Origin: a virus
Reading direction: 5' to 3' (one strand)
IMG/VR virus record: IMGVR_UViG_3300036861_000275
Span: 28,313 to 92,312 of that record
Length of the DNA: 64,000 bases
The position numbers and the translations under genes were made by a program. Below the pieces are notes generated by a model. That model searched no databases and was not told the origin of the DNA. It worked only from the letters and a program-made list of their open reading frames with translations. Below, piece by piece: positions 46,275 through 55,742 of this stretch (position 1 is its first letter; the number at the start of each line of letters is the position of its first letter).

Positions 46275-48461
46275 TCATCCTATTCCGTGTGGCGGAGTTA
46301 ACGGGGCTGGCGGCGGCGCCACGGTTAGAGTTGTCTCGCCGCGGGTACCCGGTACCCCGGCAACGCCCTGAGTGGGTGGAGGTAACGGAGTAGTTCCGCC
46401 TTGTCCGGGCGGTAGTGGCCCGCCGGCCGGAGGTCCACCGGACGGTTCTCCGATGCCTTGTGACGCTTGGAGCTGTTTGACTCTGGCTAGCAGTTCCGGC
46501 TTGTCGGGCAACCCATCCGTCAAGCGGATCATGGTGTCCATGATAATCGGCAGCATGGTCGGCACACGAGATGTCATATTCATCAGGACTTCCAGCGCCT
46601 CGGCTCGAGCTGTTGGACTCGACGGCGTCTCGGAGAGCACGAGATCCCACTTAAACTTATCGACGTTGGCGAGGATCTCTGGTTTGCTCGGATCGGTGGC
46701 GGCCAGCTTCCGCCATTCCTTGACCTTGTTGCGTCGTTCGTCTTTGTCCTTAACCCGATTCACCGCCGGCGGATTCAGGTGAACCATGACCGATGAGCCG
46801 ACGTCGTTGGTCAGCCGGACGTACTCGTCGCGGGTGAACTTCTGTTGGATGCGCCGACCTAGCTGGCGGCCGAATATCTCCCCAGCCCATCGGTTCTGGT
46901 CAAACACCTCAGTTGCGATAATCTGCCCCTGCGCCTGCTGCCGCGCCATCGCGATGCCTGAGTTTGCGGTCGTGTTCTTTTCTCCGAGCAGAGACGAGTT
47001 AATGCCAGACGTCTCCCGGATGGAGACTTTCATCTGATCTGCAAGGCCCACGATCAACCGCGTCAGGTCGGCAATGCCCTGCGGAATATCCCACCCCGGC
47101 GCCTGCTTGCCGGCGCGGTAATAGATCACGCCCTCGGCGAGAGGATCATTCATCAACCCTTCCGACTGTGCCGCGATGCTGTTCTCTTCAGCCACCCGCC
47201 GAATCTTGCCCCACCGGCTCACGAGGTCGAGGGCTTGGCTAATACGTTTGTTCTCGACGCGTTGAGCGTCACGGAGATCTCGGACCATGCCCCGTATATC
47301 ATCGCCTGTCCGTTCGCTGAGAACCAGCGTATACGGGTAGTTCTGCCGGTCATTTACGTAAGGGGTTTCGTCCTCTTCCAGAGTCACATTGACAGCCGGC
47401 AGAACGGTGCCTGTCCTCATGTATCGGCGGACCCGCTTGATGGCCTGTACCGCGCCCCCGCTGGCCTCCTGAGAACCTCTGGCAAATTGGCCTGGATTCG
47501 GCATGTCATCCGGCACTTCTTCTAGCTTACCTGAGTCCTTGTGGTAAAGGTGCCACCGTGTCTCATAGTCCGGGTACCACGCCTCGACCACCAGCACACG
47601 CTGAAGTTGCTTGTCGTAGAAATAGCGGTCAGCGTTCATCTCGTCGATATGAGGCGATGAGACAGGCCCGTATGCGTCACCGCTGTACCCTCTCGACATA
47701 CCACCGGTCTGTGATAGATCCGATAGAATCTGATTCAGATCCCCGACGGCCTGTTTAATCTCGTCCTCGAATTGCGAGTACTGAGCGATCACGTCCCTAA
47801 TCCAGGCCCAGCGGTATCTAAGGAAGTGGCCCGCATCGGAAAAGTCTGGCATCGTCCAGTGCGGGTCCCAGATGCAGTCCCGGCCAGGAGTCAGCGATTC
47901 GCTGACGATTTCACCGGAGATGGGGTTGTCGTCCCACGTCATACCGCAATGGAGTACCGACATGCCGCGGATCAAGGCTTGCTTGAAGGCCATGGACTTC
48001 GTCTCTGGGATGTGGATATTGTTGGAGACGAACTTGAAGAGCCAGCTCATAATCCGGGCGTCGTCTTCATCCTCTTCGCCTTGTGGCAGGATCTTCGTAT
48101 CAAAACGTGTCTGGCGTTCCAGGCCGGTCAAGACTTTGATGATGGGCTTAATTTGGTTAATGCTGACCGTGGCCCGTTTTTGCCTCTTCAGGAGATCGTA
48201 GTCGTCCTTGTTGCCGTTGTCGTCAACCCATTGATGGGCGCCACCAATGTAGAACCCCTCGTCGATATCCGCCTGTTTGATGTAGGTCGACCAGAGAGGG
48301 TGGCTGGCGTCGGAGAGGTACCACATTCTGACCCTGCGGGCAAAGGCCGCATCATTCCGTCCAGGCCCGTCGTCGGAGGTGGTCGCCGAGCCTCCGGCTA
48401 CGCCTGCCCCTGGAGGCGCTACGCCTTCCGCTAAACTTAATAGGTTGGCGCCCTGGGTCAT
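46275..48461 (-). CDS. portal protein (P22-like)
   Basis: D..FY.G..QW, INQIKP....G, GMVRDLRDAQ...N, SG, SGIA...Q.QG; Pro-rich tail. Confidence 0.9.
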   Translation of the reverse strand: MTQGANLLSLAEGVAPPGAGVAGGSATTSDDGPGRNDAAFARRVRMWYLSDASHPLWSTYIKQADIDEGFYIGGAHQWVDDNGNKDDYDLLKRQKRATVSINQIKPIIKVLTGLERQTRFDTKILPQGEEDEDDARIMSWLFKFVSNNIHIPETKSMAFKQALIRGMSVLHCGMTWDDNPISGEIVSESLTPGRDCIWDPHWTMPDFSDAGHFLRYRWAWIRDVIAQYSQFEDEIKQAVGDLNQILSDLSQTGGMSRGYSGDAYGPVSSPHIDEMNADRYFYDKQLQRVLVVEAWYPDYETRWHLYHKDSGKLEEVPDDMPNPGQFARGSQEASGGAVQAIKRVRRYMRTGTVLPAVNVTLEEDETPYVNDRQNYPYTLVLSERTGDDIRGMVRDLRDAQRVENKRISQALDLVSRWGKIRRVAEENSIAAQSEGLMNDPLAEGVIYYRAGKQAPGWDIPQGIADLTRLIVGLADQMKVSIRETSGINSSLLGEKNTTANSGIAMARQQAQGQIIATEVFDQNRWAGEIFGRQLGRRIQQKFTRDEYVRLTNDVGSSVMVHLNPPAVNRVKDKDERRNKVKEWRKLAATDPSKPEILANVDKFKWDLVLSETPSSPTARAEALEVLMNMTSRVPTMLPIIMDTMIRLTDGLPDKPELLARVKQLQASQGIGEPSGGPPAGGPLPPGQGGTTPLPPPTQGVAGVPGTRGETTLTVAPPPAPLTPPHGIG

Positions 48462-48464
48462 GTT

Positions 48465-48674
48465 TTAGTCCAATCGCTTCGACATAACTTCCATGATGGC
48501 GCTCGTGATGGCGTCCTCGCGCTGCTTCCGTTCCTTGCGTTCTGCCGGGTCAGTGTCGACGGCTATGCGCGCAGCATCCTCGGCGGCCATGCGTCGGCGC
48601 TGCTGTGGAGTCGGCGGCTTCCATGCCGTGATAGGAGCTTGCATATCCGCTTCTTTCTTCTTTTTCTTCGCCAT
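48465..48674 (-). CDS. small basic protein
   Basis: GGAGG RBS; fills the gap before portal. Confidence 0.6.
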   Translation of the reverse strand: MAKKKKKEADMQAPITAWKPPTPQQRRRMAAEDAARIAVDTDPAERKERKQREDAITSAIMEVMSKRLD

Positions 48675-48675
48675 G

Positions 48676-51129
48676 TTATCCTCCGTGCGCAGCTATTACT
48701 TCTGCGTATAACTTCCGCTCCCAGTCCGTGGCGGCGTTAGGCAAGGAATCCTTGAGTGCTTGGAGACCCTGTCGTGCTATGAATGACTCCACTCTGCGAA
48801 CGCGTTCGGTGTGAAGTGCCTGCTCGGCCGCGCTTACTGGAGCCGCGAGGTGCTGATTCGTGGTATTCGAGGTTGTGGCTACCGGACTACCGTAATCAAA
48901 ATGAAATGGTCCCCCCAGGATGTCGTTAAACTGTTGGCTGAGAACGTAAGCCTGCCCGTTCTTCTGGGTCTTAGATACCTGCTTTGCCCACTGAGGCATC
49001 TCAATGGCTGTTGGTTGATTAGCTATCTCAGCCAAACCGGAGGGGAGCGGCTGGCCAGGTTTAGCTTGTGCCAACCAGTGTTGTAGATCCTGTGCTTGAG
49101 CGGCGCCGTGTGACGGATCGAGCCCGGACATAACCAGCAGATTACGCCATTTCTCGGCGTCATTTACGCCTACCACGTTCTGGAAATCCTTGGCTCTGTT
49201 TGGGTCCTCGATGCCGGCCTTCGTGAAGTACTTGTCACGAACCCACTTCGCTGCCCAGTTTCTCGCCTGCGCTAGGTCGACCATCTGCTTTGCGTACGGG
49301 TCATCTTGGTTCATCGTGCCACTCAGGAACCGTTGCTTGGCAGCAATGAGGTCTTTGGTGCCCTGCGTGAGGTTGGCTGTACCTCCGACGCGCTGCACAG
49401 CGTCGTCTATTTCCCACTGATTACCCGATCCGAGTAGCTGTTGAAGAACGCCGCGTTTCGTGACTTCTCGCTTGTAGCGCGTGTCTACATCCTTCGGGAT
49501 TTCTATGAAACCCGGCTTCGTCGTGAGGGTCTTGTAGACGTCGCTAGCTTCAGGCGACAGCTCGAGAGCATTGCCGGTCTTGAAGGTGGTGGCCACATTG
49601 CCAGCCTTTGACATCTCTGGGGTTACCCTAGTAGCCCACTTGGTGACGTCGTCCGGCCAGTCTCCATGAAATCTGATGCCGGCTTGCTGGGCGATGGTGC
49701 CCCACTTCTCTTGCGCTGTGCCGGGCAGCTTGTTCCAGTAATCTAAGGCTTCCTTACTCTGAATACCGGCCGGCGTGAAGAAGACGTCGTACATGGCCTG
49801 CGCTGATTGATTCTTCGCGTTAGACTGGTTTACGACGAACTGCCCGAGCGTGGACTTCGTGTCCAGCCTCGGCAGGGACTTCAAGGTGCCGTCCCAGATA
49901 GCCTGTCCTACTGTTGAGCGCGCTTCTTGCGAATCCTGTATGGAGTTTATGTCGCCTCCACGCCGGATGACATCGGTGGGGTGGACTCTCCTGACCGCGG
50001 CCTGGAGCATCGCGTTAACGCCCTGATCAATCTGCCCCTCTTCTCCGTAGAAATTGGCTGCCATCACGTTCGGTGCTGATCCGTTCCTGATCGAGTTAAT
50101 CAGCTCCTCGCGCGTGTACATAACGGGCCCGTCTTTGCGGTTGAATTGTTCCGCAATCAGGCCGTCGGCTATTTCTTCCGGTGTCCAGGCGTTTTTGAGA
50201 GTCTCTGTCATAGCAGGGAATCGTTGAGCCATATCCACAGCCGATTGCTGCCGCTTGGCTTGATAAACAGCAGGTTTATTGAAGATGTTGTATAGCAGGT
50301 TGCCGACCGCGATGACAGCGCCGACGTATGGGATGGCTTCAGATGCCGTAACAAGACCCAACTCGGCCGCGGTCGCGGCAGCAGACGTTGCCACTCCGGC
50401 AGTGCCAAGAGCCTTCTGTGTGTCGTCCATCCTATCCCAGTTCTGGGCAAGGTTAATTGCGCCCGCTACCGTGCCAGCTCCAGATCCGACCGCGCCCAGT
50501 GTATGCGATATATCGGGCGATATATTGATGATGCCTAGGTCTCCAGCGCCTCGGATGACGTCGGTGGCCCCACCTACGCCAGAGGCGGCGCGAGCCACCG
50601 GATTACCGCGCTCGTCTAAAACGGCGTTCGCGATATTCCCGAGTCCGCCGGCTAATCCAAGACCCCCAGTAACTTCTCGCGGCACGAGCGGTTCAGTGCC
50701 GCCGGCCAGCTTGTTCACTAGATTGACAGTGTTTACCCCGGTACGACCCATACCTATCATACTACGGAGCGATTGAAGACCTTCGGGTGGTGCTCCACGC
50801 GAACCAGGCACCGAGATAATGCCTCGAGCTGTGCCCTGGACTAATGGCGCCGGCTGTTGGCCTGGCCGTGGCGCATTCTGGGCTATGCTTGACTGTTGCT
50901 GCGGAGGTCCGGATGCCATAGCGTTGCCGCCCAGTAACTTACTGAGCGGCGTCGTGCCGCTGGGCGCCTCGCTGCCGCCTAATAGGCTTCTCAGTGGAGT
51001 CACGCCGGACGGTGGAGGACCCTGTTTCGAGAGATCCGTGCTAGCAGAACCGGTAAAGATTTCCCGCAGCGGCGTGAACTGACCACTGCCAGACGTCTGC
51101 GTCTGCGGGACCTCGATCGGGTCCGCCAT
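48676..51129 (-). CDS. 817-aa unknown protein with N-terminal repeats and glycine-zipper region
   Basis: TPLRE/TPLRS/TPLSK repeats; GxxxG-rich hydrophobic helices; coupled to GT4. Confidence 0.75.
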   Translation of the reverse strand: MADPIEVPQTQTSGSGQFTPLREIFTGSASTDLSKQGPPPSGVTPLRSLLGGSEAPSGTTPLSKLLGGNAMASGPPQQQSSIAQNAPRPGQQPAPLVQGTARGIISVPGSRGAPPEGLQSLRSMIGMGRTGVNTVNLVNKLAGGTEPLVPREVTGGLGLAGGLGNIANAVLDERGNPVARAASGVGGATDVIRGAGDLGIINISPDISHTLGAVGSGAGTVAGAINLAQNWDRMDDTQKALGTAGVATSAAATAAELGLVTASEAIPYVGAVIAVGNLLYNIFNKPAVYQAKRQQSAVDMAQRFPAMTETLKNAWTPEEIADGLIAEQFNRKDGPVMYTREELINSIRNGSAPNVMAANFYGEEGQIDQGVNAMLQAAVRRVHPTDVIRRGGDINSIQDSQEARSTVGQAIWDGTLKSLPRLDTKSTLGQFVVNQSNAKNQSAQAMYDVFFTPAGIQSKEALDYWNKLPGTAQEKWGTIAQQAGIRFHGDWPDDVTKWATRVTPEMSKAGNVATTFKTGNALELSPEASDVYKTLTTKPGFIEIPKDVDTRYKREVTKRGVLQQLLGSGNQWEIDDAVQRVGGTANLTQGTKDLIAAKQRFLSGTMNQDDPYAKQMVDLAQARNWAAKWVRDKYFTKAGIEDPNRAKDFQNVVGVNDAEKWRNLLVMSGLDPSHGAAQAQDLQHWLAQAKPGQPLPSGLAEIANQPTAIEMPQWAKQVSKTQKNGQAYVLSQQFNDILGGPFHFDYGSPVATTSNTTNQHLAAPVSAAEQALHTERVRRVESFIARQGLQALKDSLPNAATDWERKLYAEVIAAHGG

Positions 51130-52151
51130 TAGACCACCAACCTCCGGTAGAGCGCGTCGTGCGAGGTTACCATGTGCTGGTGTTCATGTTCGCGCCTTAT
51201 CTTATCGACTTGTATCGGGCGCGGACGTAACAGGCCCAACCGTTCCGTGCCTAACAGATACGTCAGTTTGGCGTTCCAATCCCAGTCCGTCTTGACCAGG
51301 TATGGACTGTCGGCACCAAGGATTTCTCGGTGCGCTGGTATGTCCGAACATAAGATCGGTACACCTAGAGCAGCGGCTTCCAGGACAATCAGCGGGCATC
51401 CTTCTTCTCTGGATGGAAGCACAAGCACATCGAACGCTCGCAGATATGCCCAACCATCCCGCCTGGCAGGAATGAAGCTAGCATCTATTCCGATACGCCT
51501 CGCTCTCCTGAAAAGTCGTTCATACTCTGCACCGTTGCCCATGAAGACAATCCTGGCGCTGGTCGGCATTCCGTACAAAGCAAGATCCCAGCGCTTCACT
51601 CTATCGAGTCGCCCCACCGCTCCGACTATCTGCTCTTTCGAGGACAGCCCGAGCATGAAGCGGGCTTCTTTCTTCGATAGCGCTAACCTCTCGATCCGGT
51701 TCTCGTCCAAGCCTAGCGGGATCGTAATACCGGACAGCCCTATAGCCTTCCCACGGGCTGCTTGATGATGTGCGACGTGAATAGTGGCAGCAGTGAATTT
51801 CCTGGCCAACCACCGTTCTATTCCAAGCCAGACGTGCCCGCTGAGACCGCGGAAGTGTAAGCCGTGGTGCGTATGTACAACTTGCTTCCCCATCCTGTGC
51901 GCGGAGATCCTGCCTAGTAAGCCGGCCAGCTTGCCATGCGTATGGACCACATCGGCTTCCTGGACAAGGTTGCTGATACGGCCACTCGTCGACACCTGCA
52001 CGCCAGTTGCTTCTATGATAGCGGTGGCCGGACCTTTTGGCATCGCCACCGCGATCTCATGCCCCATGCCCCGTAGTCCGGCTGCTAGAAGTTCCACAGC
52101 TCTCGGACCACCGCCTAGCTCGGCGTCTCCAAGAATATGCAGGATCTTCAC
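51129..52151 (-). CDS. glycosyltransferase family 4
   Basis: MKILHI...GG, HTHG, VGRL..VK, DVLVLPSREEGCPLIVLEAAALGVP. Confidence 0.92.
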   Translation of the reverse strand: MKILHILGDAELGGGPRAVELLAAGLRGMGHEIAVAMPKGPATAIIEATGVQVSTSGRISNLVQEADVVHTHGKLAGLLGRISAHRMGKQVVHTHHGLHFRGLSGHVWLGIERWLARKFTAATIHVAHHQAARGKAIGLSGITIPLGLDENRIERLALSKKEARFMLGLSSKEQIVGAVGRLDRVKRWDLALYGMPTSARIVFMGNGAEYERLFRRARRIGIDASFIPARRDGWAYLRAFDVLVLPSREEGCPLIVLEAAALGVPILCSDIPAHREILGADSPYLVKTDWDWNAKLTYLLGTERLGLLRPRPIQVDKIRREHEHQHMVTSHDALYRRLVV

Positions 52152-52414
52152 GTGCCGACAAACCCTCCCGCCCGGTCGTCGTAACTCATTGACTCGCCGC
52201 CGAGACCAGGCAGCGGAGTCCGGTGGGCGATATGTATAAGCATGTCCATTCTGAACTGGCCCCTAGTTCTGACGGTCCGCCCAAATGATTCCATCAGGTC
52301 GAAGTCTACGGTGAAGCTCTCCTCATCGGAATCGACGTACTCGCATCCACTGATGACACGTCCGTTCCCAAGCCAGATGTCGAAAGGCACCTTCATTGGA
52401 AAGCGCCAGACCAT
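52148..52414 (-). CDS. hypothetical protein
   Basis: GAGG RBS; GTGA coupling to GT4. Confidence 0.55.
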   Translation of the reverse strand: MVWRFPMKVPFDIWLGNGRVISGCEYVDSDEESFTVDFDLMESFGRTVRTRGQFRMDMLIHIAHRTPLPGLGGESMSYDDRAGGFVGT

Positions 52415-52467
52415 AGGACTTCCTCCTCTTCGCGGGTAACAACCCCCACAACCAGCCGCTCCCTACT

Positions 52468-52653
52468 TTAGGGCTGAGCGGCACGCCCTCCGGAACTCAG
52501 CTTCGCGAACTTCTGAGCTCCGTACTTTTTTCGGCCCACGGCAGCTGCGACTGCGCCTGGGTCTCTGACGTCACCCTTCGCAGCGATCTTCTGCTTTAAT
52601 GCGGCGAACCTACCGCCTTCGCCTAGTGGCGCCTTCGCGTTCGGCTTTGCCAT
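52468..52653 (-). CDS. small basic phage protein
   Basis: GGRFAAL...DP.AVAA..GRKKYG pattern. Confidence 0.65.
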   Translation of the reverse strand: MAKPNAKAPLGEGGRFAALKQKIAAKGDVRDPGAVAAAVGRKKYGAQKFAKLSSGGRAAQP

Positions 52654-52956
52654 CAGTATCTCCCCCCAAAGTCGATCTTGTCCCCTCCGCCACTGATGCC
52701 GATCTTGTCGTACATGTTAGTATCCTCCTCCTGTGCTGCCGACTCCGCTCGTGTTGAGCTTCTTGAACGGCATCGCTCCTTCGGCCAATCCGGGGGCCGG
52801 CATCATCTCTTCCTTCTCCACCTGCTTGGGAAGGACCTTCGGCTTCTTCTTGATAGGCCGCTTCATCATCTTGCCTTTATTCATGGCCCTGCGTTCCCCC
52901 CATGTCTGGACGCGCTCAGGCGAGCCCGTGCCGTAATCTGTCTCCACAGTGCCATT

Positions 52957-53166
52957 TTAACGCGGAGTGATGAATGGTGCCTTGATATTATGTTCCACGA
53001 ACTCCCTTTCTACTGGAGAGCACAACATCAAACTGTCTCCATCCAGGTCCTGACCCTGATAGCAGACTAAGTACGGAATTTCGGGCATCTTTACCGCCGC
53101 GCATCCGGTCAGAATCAGCGCCATCCCTAACCCGACCGTGAACCATAGCCAAAACACTCGCTTCAT
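52957..53166 (-). CDS. predicted lipoprotein
   Basis: MKRVFWLWFTVGLGMALILTG|C lipobox; ATGA-coupled to GT2. Confidence 0.65.
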   Translation of the reverse strand: MKRVFWLWFTVGLGMALILTGCAAVKMPEIPYLVCYQGQDLDGDSLMLCSPVEREFVEHNIKAPFITPR

Positions 53167-53879
53167 GCCAGCCTCCTGATGGTAGCGTTTAAATTGATCC
53201 GGTATGTGTCCCATCTTCTCCGCCAGGCCCTATTGGACCGTTGCTTCGGGTGGATAGTGCGAACAGTGAGTGGCTGTTCCAAGTTCCCCATGAAACCAGG
53301 CCGACGGGCCATCTCTAAAAACAGGGCCAGGTCTTGAGACAGATTCCAGCGCGGGTTGTAATTACCGGCTGCCACCACAGCTTTTCTGTCCATGAGGACA
53401 GATGGATGAGCAAAAGGGCTCCGAGCCCAGATTCCGGACAGCATGTCCCTACATTCTCTGTCGGTGGTGGGGTAGTTAACGATACGCTGCCCCGGGTTCT
53501 TTTTACATCTCTCCAAGGTCGCAGATCCAAGGACAGCGTAATGGCCATTAATCGCTGTCCGTAGCTGTCTTTCGAGTCGCGTCGGTGTCATCGCGTCATC
53601 GGCATCAAGCCGAGCTATCCATGGCGAGCTAATTCCGGCGACAGCATCGCGTAGCACCGACGTGATTCCTCTGTGTTCTCGCGCCATCACGATGCAGCGA
53701 CTGTCGTACTCACACTCTGCTTTAGCGATCTTGACGGTGTCGTCATCAGACCCGTCGTCTATCACCATCAGCGTCCAGTCAGTGAAAGTCTGCTGGCGCA
53801 CGGACCGAACGGCCGCTCCGATGAAGTCGGCGGCGTTGTAGGCCGGCAAGACAATGGTGACCGGCGGAGAGAGGCTCAT
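53163..53879 (-). CDS. glycosyltransferase family 2
   Basis: IVLPAYN, IDDGSDD, RLDADD, HPSV, QD..L. Confidence 0.92.
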   Translation of the reverse strand: MSLSPPVTIVLPAYNAADFIGAAVRSVRQQTFTDWTLMVIDDGSDDDTVKIAKAECEYDSRCIVMAREHRGITSVLRDAVAGISSPWIARLDADDAMTPTRLERQLRTAINGHYAVLGSATLERCKKNPGQRIVNYPTTDRECRDMLSGIWARSPFAHPSVLMDRKAVVAAGNYNPRWNLSQDLALFLEMARRPGFMGNLEQPLTVRTIHPKQRSNRAWRRRWDTYRINLNATIRRLA

Positions 53880-54280
53880 TGGCCAGGAGGACAGCCATCC
53901 GCGGTACACGGGTTCTCTTGATCCATAGGCGGAACTGCTTGGCATAGGGTTGACTTAATCAAGCGCCATCCCCCGTCGCTGCCGCTTAGTGGCTGATCAT
54001 CTGCGTCGATGAGGCGGGATGAGACCACCACGATACATTGCTTGATCGGATTCCAAGACGTCGGTGGCTCTGCGCAGGTGGCCACTTGTATCTCTTGACG
54101 CCAGTTCTTCATACCCTGCGGCGCAAACTCAGGCAGGATAGGAAAAAAGTCGTTCCAGACCACGGTACAGGCAATCAGTAAGACAATGCGGAATTGGTTG
54201 CGGAGCCCGGAATGTGCGCCGGGTGGTTTCTGCCGTATGAGGGCAGCGAGCCACTGCTTGCTCCATCTCCGCGACACCAT
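53876..54280 (-). CDS. hypothetical protein with Cys-containing C-terminal region
   Basis: TGATG-coupled upstream and ATGA-coupled to GT2. Confidence 0.45.
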   Translation of the reverse strand: MVSRRWSKQWLAALIRQKPPGAHSGLRNQFRIVLLIACTVVWNDFFPILPEFAPQGMKNWRQEIQVATCAEPPTSWNPIKQCIVVVSSRLIDADDQPLSGSDGGWRLIKSTLCQAVPPMDQENPCTADGCPPGQ

Positions 54281-54399
54281 CACAGAAACGCCCAAAGCGC
54301 TACAAGCAGGAACATCGCCCCTATCCAGAACGCGTGCGGCCAATCGCGGTCAGCACAACCGGGGCAGCCCTTTTGAAAGTGCAGTTTACACTTGGGCAC
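54280..54399 (-). CDS. 39-aa Cys-rich membrane peptide (probably leaderless; not in track)
   Basis: GTG 6 nt after -10 box: MPKCKLHFQKGCPGCADRDWPHAFWIGAMFLLVALWAFL. Confidence 0.45.
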   Translation of the reverse strand: MPKCKLHFQKGCPGCADRDWPHAFWIGAMFLLVALWAFL

Positions 54400-54405
54400 T
54401 TTGGC

Positions 54406-54435
54406 ATTCTACCATTCTCCGAGCTGTCTAGGCAA
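54406..54435 (-). promoter_or_regulatory. sigma70-type promoter with extended -10
   Basis: TTGCCT-N18-TAGAAT, TGG before the -10. Confidence 0.6.
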
Positions 54436-54436
54436 T

Positions 54437-54772
54437 TTAAGGCGCCTGGACTTCATCAACAGGGAGTCTGAATAGATCCGCCTGGTACACTTCCGGACAA
54501 GGCGCCGAGCTTGTCTCTTCTTCTTCCCCTTGGGCCCAGTTCCAGTGGCCGGGCCAGCCCCCGAAAATGCGCACCGCTTGATAGGCTGTCTCGCAGACGG
54601 GCCCCGGAGCCGGGGACTCTAGCAGGAGTCAAAGCAGGAATTCAGCATCAGCCACGCGGCGTAGGCGAGCATCCCCGCCTATCGTGTAGGCTTCATCGTG
54701 AGCAATACAGCACGCCTCTACCTGCGGCCAAAGCCTGGCCATCATCGCGCCAGGACCGCTACAAGAACTCAT
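54437..54772 (-). CDS. phospholipase A2-like protein interrupted by in-frame TGA (recoded or pseudogene; not in track)
   Basis: MSSCSG...CCIAHDEAYTIGG...RRVADAEFLL*LLL...AYQAVRIFGG...WNW; TGA at 54629-54631. Confidence 0.75.
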
Positions 54773-54957
54773 CCTAGCGTTCCACCAAACCGCCTTGTTC
54801 CATGAACTGGAACGGCCGGCCTGTGTGAGACAAACTCCGCTGGCCCCTCGTCCGGGTCATTGGCCATCAGCGCAACCGGACACGTCAGGATGTATTCCGT
54901 CACCAGGATCTTGTTAGAGCACGGCAGACCGGAGGGCCCTGCTGGCATACCCATATT

Positions 54958-55320
54958 CTACCGCCCATCTCGCTCGGCCCGCAAGAGCTCGTGCAAGTAT
55001 CCTTGGCTATTGAAGATTATGGCACAGAGATCTTCCTGGATGTCCGCGCCGGCTCGTGGGTCTAGCACGGGCCATCCACGATGCCGGAGCCAGAGATGTT
55101 GGACGTGCCGCTTTAGTCCTTTCATGTAACTAGACAGAGGCAGACCCTTCTGCCAGTTGTCGCTGTCTCGGAGAGTCCCGTCCGCTTGCACTCGATGCTT
55201 GGCCATGTACTGGCAGAACCTTTGTTCGACCAATGGACTCATGAAGCCTTCCGGGTCATCTCGTGCCATGTCTGGACTACGAGTTGCCCCGGTCTCGAAG
55301 GTGCGGATAGTGTCGCTCAC
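54958..55320 (-). CDS. dATP/dGTP diphosphohydrolase domain (DUF5664-like)
   Basis: FETGATR, DNWQKG.P, KRH, EDLCAIIFN. Confidence 0.75.
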   Translation of the reverse strand: MSDTIRTFETGATRSPDMARDDPEGFMSPLVEQRFCQYMAKHRVQADGTLRDSDNWQKGLPLSSYMKGLKRHVQHLWLRHRGWPVLDPRAGADIQEDLCAIIFNSQGYLHELLRAERDGR

Positions 55321-55742
55321 GCCATAACCTCCGCATCTCTTTGGTGTGGGCAGGTGCCGAAGATCGACAGCGCCTTGTTGCAGTTGGAACAGAGTAGCCG
55401 GAATCCTTGCCTGGGAAAGCCCCTGCGCTTCAGCCAGGTGTATAGCGCTACTCCAGAGCCGCCAATCTGGCGTCTGTGTTCATTCCCGCCGCCTCCTTCG
55501 TGATCCATCTCCAGAAACTCTCGATGCGACTCACCGCAACAGGCACATCTATTTTCGTAGGCGGCGTGAACCTCGGCGCGCAATCTAGCCCTAGATCGTC
55601 GGCTCGCGGCTGCGCCTAGCTCTCTGGCGCGTGGCAAATCTTTCATGCGCCAACGCGTCTTTGCGGCGGCCTGACTACCTGGATGGTTGTCGCGCCAGCG
55701 TTTCGCCTTCTCGGCGTCTGTCATCCGCACAGGTCCTACCAT
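55317..55742 (-). CDS. HNH-like endonuclease
   Basis: Y..RCACCGE...LEMDH...LLCSNCN...CPH. Confidence 0.8.
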   Translation of the reverse strand: MVGPVRMTDAEKAKRWRDNHPGSQAAAKTRWRMKDLPRARELGAAASRRSRARLRAEVHAAYENRCACCGESHREFLEMDHEGGGGNEHRRQIGGSGVALYTWLKRRGFPRQGFRLLCSNCNKALSIFGTCPHQRDAEVMA

